A stretch of 63,209 bases of DNA, counting the filler, from Licmophora abbreviata (lineage: Eukaryota), in the NCBI GenBank assembly GCA_900291995.1. It is 9 parts of 9 records of this genome, joined end to end, with 100 filler letters (N's around TTAATTAATTAA, not from the genome) between each part and the next. Parts side by side here need not be neighbours in the genome. Positions count along the whole stretch, not along the records: positions 57,861 to 61,897 come from OLMU01000170.1; positions 61,998 to 63,209 come from OLMU01000173.1; 7 more parts are not named here. One strand, written 5' to 3'. Position numbers and translations under genes: made by a program. Position 1 is the stretch's first letter; the number at the start of each line of letters is the position of its first letter. This document shows, in pieces, positions 59,015 to 63,209 of the stretch. Under the pieces are notes generated by a model. It ran no database searches. It was not told the origin of the DNA and saw only the letters and a list, made by a program, of their open reading frames with translations.

Positions 59015-59388
59015 GCCCTACCGTGGCGATTAGAATCTCACGGCCCCCCGAGAGAATGGAATCGATGGACAATGGGCACTCTGTATATTTTATCAAGAGG
59101 TTTTGTTGTTTCGTTGTTTTGTTACTTTTGAGACGTCATAGTGACGACTCTGGCGGGTCAACGAGACGACAATGCAACAGACACCATGGCCAAACGCTGC
59201 CGCTGCTTAGTGTAACATTAGCCCAGCTTGAAGCTGCTCCAGGTCCCTTTCGTCTTGGCTCGGTAGCGTGGAAACAAGGGACACTCAAGAAATCCGGAAA
59301 GTTGGACTTCCAGCACACGTTTCCAAACACTGCTGCGTGTTGCCTCTTGTTTCGACCTTAGCACTCTACGAGTAGTCCGTTCTCAACC

Positions 59389-60295
59389 ATGGCCGGCGTC
59401 GTTGGAGCCCCAGACCTTTCAGAGGATGAAGACGAACTGCTGCGCTCCTCGCTGCTGCGTGTCACTGATGGACTACCAAATGTGGAGTTGAAACTGATGG
59501 TATCGGAGGCCGCTGAGGTCGAACCGCTACTGGAGCAGGATATTCAGCTGCTGGAAAAAGCGATCAGCGAAGGACAATCCTTGTCTGAGACTGACCAGGA
59601 CAGAATTGAATCGTTGCTCGCTTCAGAACTCTCTACCGCCGATCAGTTCTATACCGTATCGGCACTTCTCGGTCGAATGCGAAAACCACTTGCCATGCCA
59701 CTACCGCCCAATTCGTCTATCCATGTGGAAGCCAATGTAGACGATGAAAAGTCGCAGCAGCTTGACTTTCAAAAGTCTATCGTATCCTTGGATACTAACC
59801 CCGAATATAGGCGCATCCATGATGACACGACGGAACTCATGGCGCTCTGGAAAAAGATTTCTTCTCACAAGACAGCTGCCGTCTTTCGTCGGCCGGTCAA
59901 TCCCAAAGAGGCCCCTGGGTACACGGAACGCATTGCCTTTCCTATCGATCTCAGTCTGATTCGTAAAATGATCATTGCCCGTGTTGTCGTGTCCTATGCC
60001 GACTTGCAGGAGCGCATTGGGCTCGTTTGCCACAATTGTCTAAAGTACAATGGGAGGTACGTTTGTGCGCTGGCGGAAATGAACTCAAATACGTCGTGAT
60101 TGCATTTGGAACTCACCCGCGGCGCCATGTATACGACTGTGCAGGGAAAGTGATTATGGCGTTGTCACTCGTGACTTTGCAGCTCAAGCTGACAGATATA
60201 TTGTTGATGCCGTAACCGAAGCGGCGGGGAAACCGGCGCTGGAAACGACGCCGGATGCTGATGGCAAGACGACTTCTGCTGCAAACGAGGTGTGA
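59389..60295 (+). CDS. Bromodomain protein; 2 exons
   Basis: VFRRPVNPKEAPGYTERIAFPIDLSLI...NCLKYN. An intron (approx. 60057-60144) leads to ESDYG...EV* ending at 60295. Confidence 0.87.
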
Positions 60296-60460
60296 TACCG
60301 CCAGTGTATTTTCTAATAGGTCCCGCGAATACAATAACAATGGTAAATCATACTGCTATATCATACATTTCTTGTACAGTCCCGTCACTCGGAAATCTAC
60401 CACCGTATCTCATGCTGGTTACGCATATGAATCAAACACTTCGCAGTACATGTGATGGCC

Positions 60461-61897
60461 TCAGAGTTCGCCAGTCTGTTCCTCTGTTTGTTGTTCGCGT
60501 AGAACTATCGCCTCTTGTTGCGCCTGCAACAGACTTGTCTGCTGCTGAGAACGGATGGACGATGTGAATCGTTCTCGCAGCTGGTCGTTCATTGCCAGAG
60601 TCGTCTGCAACCGGTGAAGCGTGCCAGCAGCGCTCTGCTGCAGAACTTGATCCGTCCTGTAGTTTGCAAGACACCACTCCAGCATCTGGTAGAAGTTTGG
60701 TGTCAGAAGTAGACTCTCGTGGTATTCGCTTGTAAGCGAAAGATTGTGCAATACCAGGCACGCTCGATTGAGAATCGATTCACTCGAGCAGAAGTTCTTC
60801 ATGGCGAGCACAACTAGATTCGTAATCTGGCCAACTTGTTCGTCCAGCATTTCTTTTTCTGTAGTCTCGTTCACATCACCTAGCTGTGCGTCGAGAGATG
60901 CGTCCTCGCTTGAGTTGGGGCGGAGCTTGACAGCTGCAGCAGAAAGAGAGCCAAAATAACTTGAGCTGGCTGTCGCAACGTTCGACTGCAGTACAATGCA
61001 CATCCGCGGGATACTTACAGGGAATGACCAGGTTGATCAAAGCGAAGAGAGCACGGAATTGGACCTCCGCATCACGCGGGTGGCGTAGCATTGCGTCAGC
61101 AATAGCACCGATCCCACCTAGCTTGACGAGCACTGTCTTTTGCGACGGCGCCAAGGCAATATTGACCATGGACCAGCAGCTCATGGCTTGGAGCGAAGCC
61201 TCCTGGCCGAAACGGTGCATGGAATCAAGCATGACAGCAATCCCGTTCCGCCCACTTCGCGTTCGGCTACCGAAAATGCCGGAAGAGTTAACCATCGATG
61301 AATGGAACAGCATTCCTTCTTTCCCGCCGAGCGGTCGCGCGAGCAGCACGATCGTGTGGAATGCCGCAGTATGGAGGCTGGCACTGTCAGGGTACAGGAC
61401 CATACCCCGAAGAACGATATCCGTTAGACCGGCGCGTTGAGCCGTCATACGCTGGCTTTCGTCTTCAAGGATATGCGGGAAAACCGACAAGCACATCGTC
61501 TTTTGTGGGGAAAGCGAGCACAGGATTGAGATATGATACGGCTAATGAGAAAAGCACGAGAAAAGGTGTCGTTGGAACGTACCTGAATACCTTCAACATC
61601 GGAGAAAGCAACCATCCAGTTCACGATCGAGTAGATGGCGCAAGACCACGGAAGATTCACATTTCCCGCCTGCCCAGTCTGCGACGGTCCCAAAAGACGC
61701 TGGGTAAGCGTTGAATGACCGAGTCGCACTTTGGGCTTCTGTCGCACAGGCCGCTCCTGTAAACTCTCGATGGAGTTGGCGTCATCTGTCACTCCAACTG
61801 GCCTATTCCCAAGACCCTGGGAGCTGGCACGACTACTATCCGCGCTGTGAGCGGGAAGCGGTTGATCTCCCACAACAGGTGGAGTCCTTCTTCCTTC
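60461..61897 (-). CDS. Armadillo-repeat protein, 5'-truncated by gap; at least 3 exons
   Basis: Repeated ARM-type units 'GGIGAIADAMLRHPRDAEVQFRALFALINL' and 'AMKNF.SSESILNRACLVLHNL'. Confidence 0.8.
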
Positions 61898-61997
61898 NNN
61901 NNNNNNNNNNNNNNNNNNNNNNNNNNNNNNNNNNNNNNNNNTTAATTAATTAANNNNNNNNNNNNNNNNNNNNNNNNNNNNNNNNNNNNNNNNNNNN
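61898..61997. other. Assembly gap hiding the 5' parts of two divergent genes
   Basis: Both flanking ORFs are open into the gap, so the true gap is probably much longer than 100 nt. Confidence 0.9.
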
Positions 61998-63161
61998 GCG
62001 CGAGTCGACCTCCGAGAGCAACCGAATATCATTCAGAATAGCGTCGGTGTTTCTTTGCACGGTGAACCGATCTTCGATGCCTGCTTCTTCACGACCGGTG
62101 GTGCTGGTCATCAAATTGCTCTATTAACGGGTGGTGAAGATTGCTCCGCGAGAGTGTCGATCTACAAGGACGCAACATTGGTTGCCTCCACGCTCTTGCC
62201 GCCTCAAGAAAGCAGTGTTCGTGCTGTTGCTGCGAGTCGTCACATCTCGAGTTCATCGACTGTGTTGGTTGTCGGGGGTGGGAAGCTCACTGTGCAATTC
62301 TTTCTACTCGAGCATGACGGGGAATTGTTGAATATATCTATGCTTGGGCGGGGTCAATTTCCCCTTCGGACGTCGATAGATCACCGCATCAACGCCGTCG
62401 CTGCAATTCCGTTGGTCGCTCCTAATGGGGGCGAGATGCACCACCTTGTAGCGATAGGCGATTCAAATGGTTCTCTTTCCATTTTTCTAATATCTGAAGG
62501 CCAGGCGTCTCGGCCTATATCCGTGGCGTGTCATGAAGTGTACTCGCTTTCAAGGCCAATTTTCTCAATTGAGATTATTAGAACCGGTGAACGATTCTTT
62601 ATTCTGGTCGGCACCAGCGCTGGTGAAGTACTGCTATGGGAGTTTCCTGTTCATATCGATTCCATCGTGTTTGACTCGTTCCCACTGTCTCCAATCGGAA
62701 AATATGCTGCTCACCAGATGGGAACAAACAGCATATCCGCCGTCACGAAGAGAGGGCTCGACGGCATCGAGACCCTCTCTGTTTGCAGCGGGGGAGACGA
62801 TCAGGCTATCACAATGTGCCAAGTCGAGCTTCGTGGACAAGACGGTTCATTTTCCCGTGAAGCAAACGTCATTGACATTTCAACATTGCGAGATTCTAGT
62901 TTTTCCGCGCTTAAAGGAGTTCGCTTCATAAACACAGAGCTCTTGCTATCTGTTGGCTATAGCCAGCGTCTATGCCTATGGCGCCGAAAGGCTGGCAACA
63001 AACTTGAACTTATTGACGTGAAACAAGTCGACATCGCTGACGTAAATTGCCTTGCGGCTCTATCGTCGCAAGAGCGTTGTGATGGTCGCTCGGAAGACAT
63101 CCTTGCTGTTCTGGGGGAGGGTTTGGAACTCTTTTCAGTCGATGGGATGACAATTAAGTAA
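61998..63161 (+). CDS. WD40 protein C-terminal part, WDR6/Trm734-like (5'-truncated)
   Basis: LLTGGEDC, AHQMGTNSI, VCSGGDDQAI, LLSVGYSQRL, VDIADV. Confidence 0.7.
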   Translation, partial: ARVDLREQPNIIQNSVGVSLHGEPIFDACFFTTGGAGHQIALLTGGEDCSARVSIYKDATLVASTLLPPQESSVRAVAASRHISSSSTVLVVGGGKLTVQFFLLEHDGELLNISMLGRGQFPLRTSIDHRINAVAAIPLVAPNGGEMHHLVAIGDSNGSLSIFLISEGQASRPISVACHEVYSLSRPIFSIEIIRTGERFFILVGTSAGEVLLWEFPVHIDSIVFDSFPLSPIGKYAAHQMGTNSISAVTKRGLDGIETLSVCSGGDDQAITMCQVELRGQDGSFSREANVIDISTLRDSSFSALKGVRFINTELLLSVGYSQRLCLWRRKAGNKLELIDVKQVDIADVNCLAALSSQERCDGRSEDILAVLGEGLELFSVDGMTIK

Positions 63162-63209
63162 GCATACATTCCATCAACGCGACTAAATTCACATATTAAA
63201 CTACGATCA

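Noticed and set aside
10857..61997. Eight copies of TTAATTAATTAA flanked by Ns as a biological repeat
   Set aside because: The identical N44-12-N44 layout with stops in all six frames marks an artificial contig linker.

Overview
This is eukaryotic nuclear DNA, not prokaryotic. The evidence is short GT-AG spliceosomal introns, a fucoxanthin-chlorophyll protein, several bipartite 'ASAFAP'-type plastid presequences and very dense gene packing. Together these point to a diatom, probably pennate (inference). The window is a draft scaffold: eight 100-nt gaps carry the artificial six-frame-stop linker TTAATTAATTAA, and several single-base indels at short homopolymers split real genes. About 36 protein-coding genes can be reconstructed, including VPS8, CAF1, a NOG1-like GTPase, ACAD, RPS3a, CAPZB, VPS29, APC5, ERCC6/CSB, a SulP-STAS-cNMP transporter and an FCP. 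I found no rRNA, convincing tRNA, CRISPR array or clear transposon. The most interesting items are hidden from the ORF track. (1) One gene appears to fuse a TrhO-type tRNA-hydroxylase rhodanese, an RluA-type pseudouridine synthase and a SAM methyltransferase, suggesting an anticodon-loop modification 'assembly line'. (2) A gene appears to fuse a Myb-like module, an MJ1316 RNA-end-recognition domain and a GGQ peptidyl-tRNA hydrolase, suggesting ribosome rescue on cleaved RNA. (3) A selenocysteine glutathione peroxidase has an in-frame TGA and a well-formed SECIS. (4) An in-frame TGA interrupts a Cys/His-rich C-terminal domain. All family assignments come from motif recognition by eye; no database searches were run.
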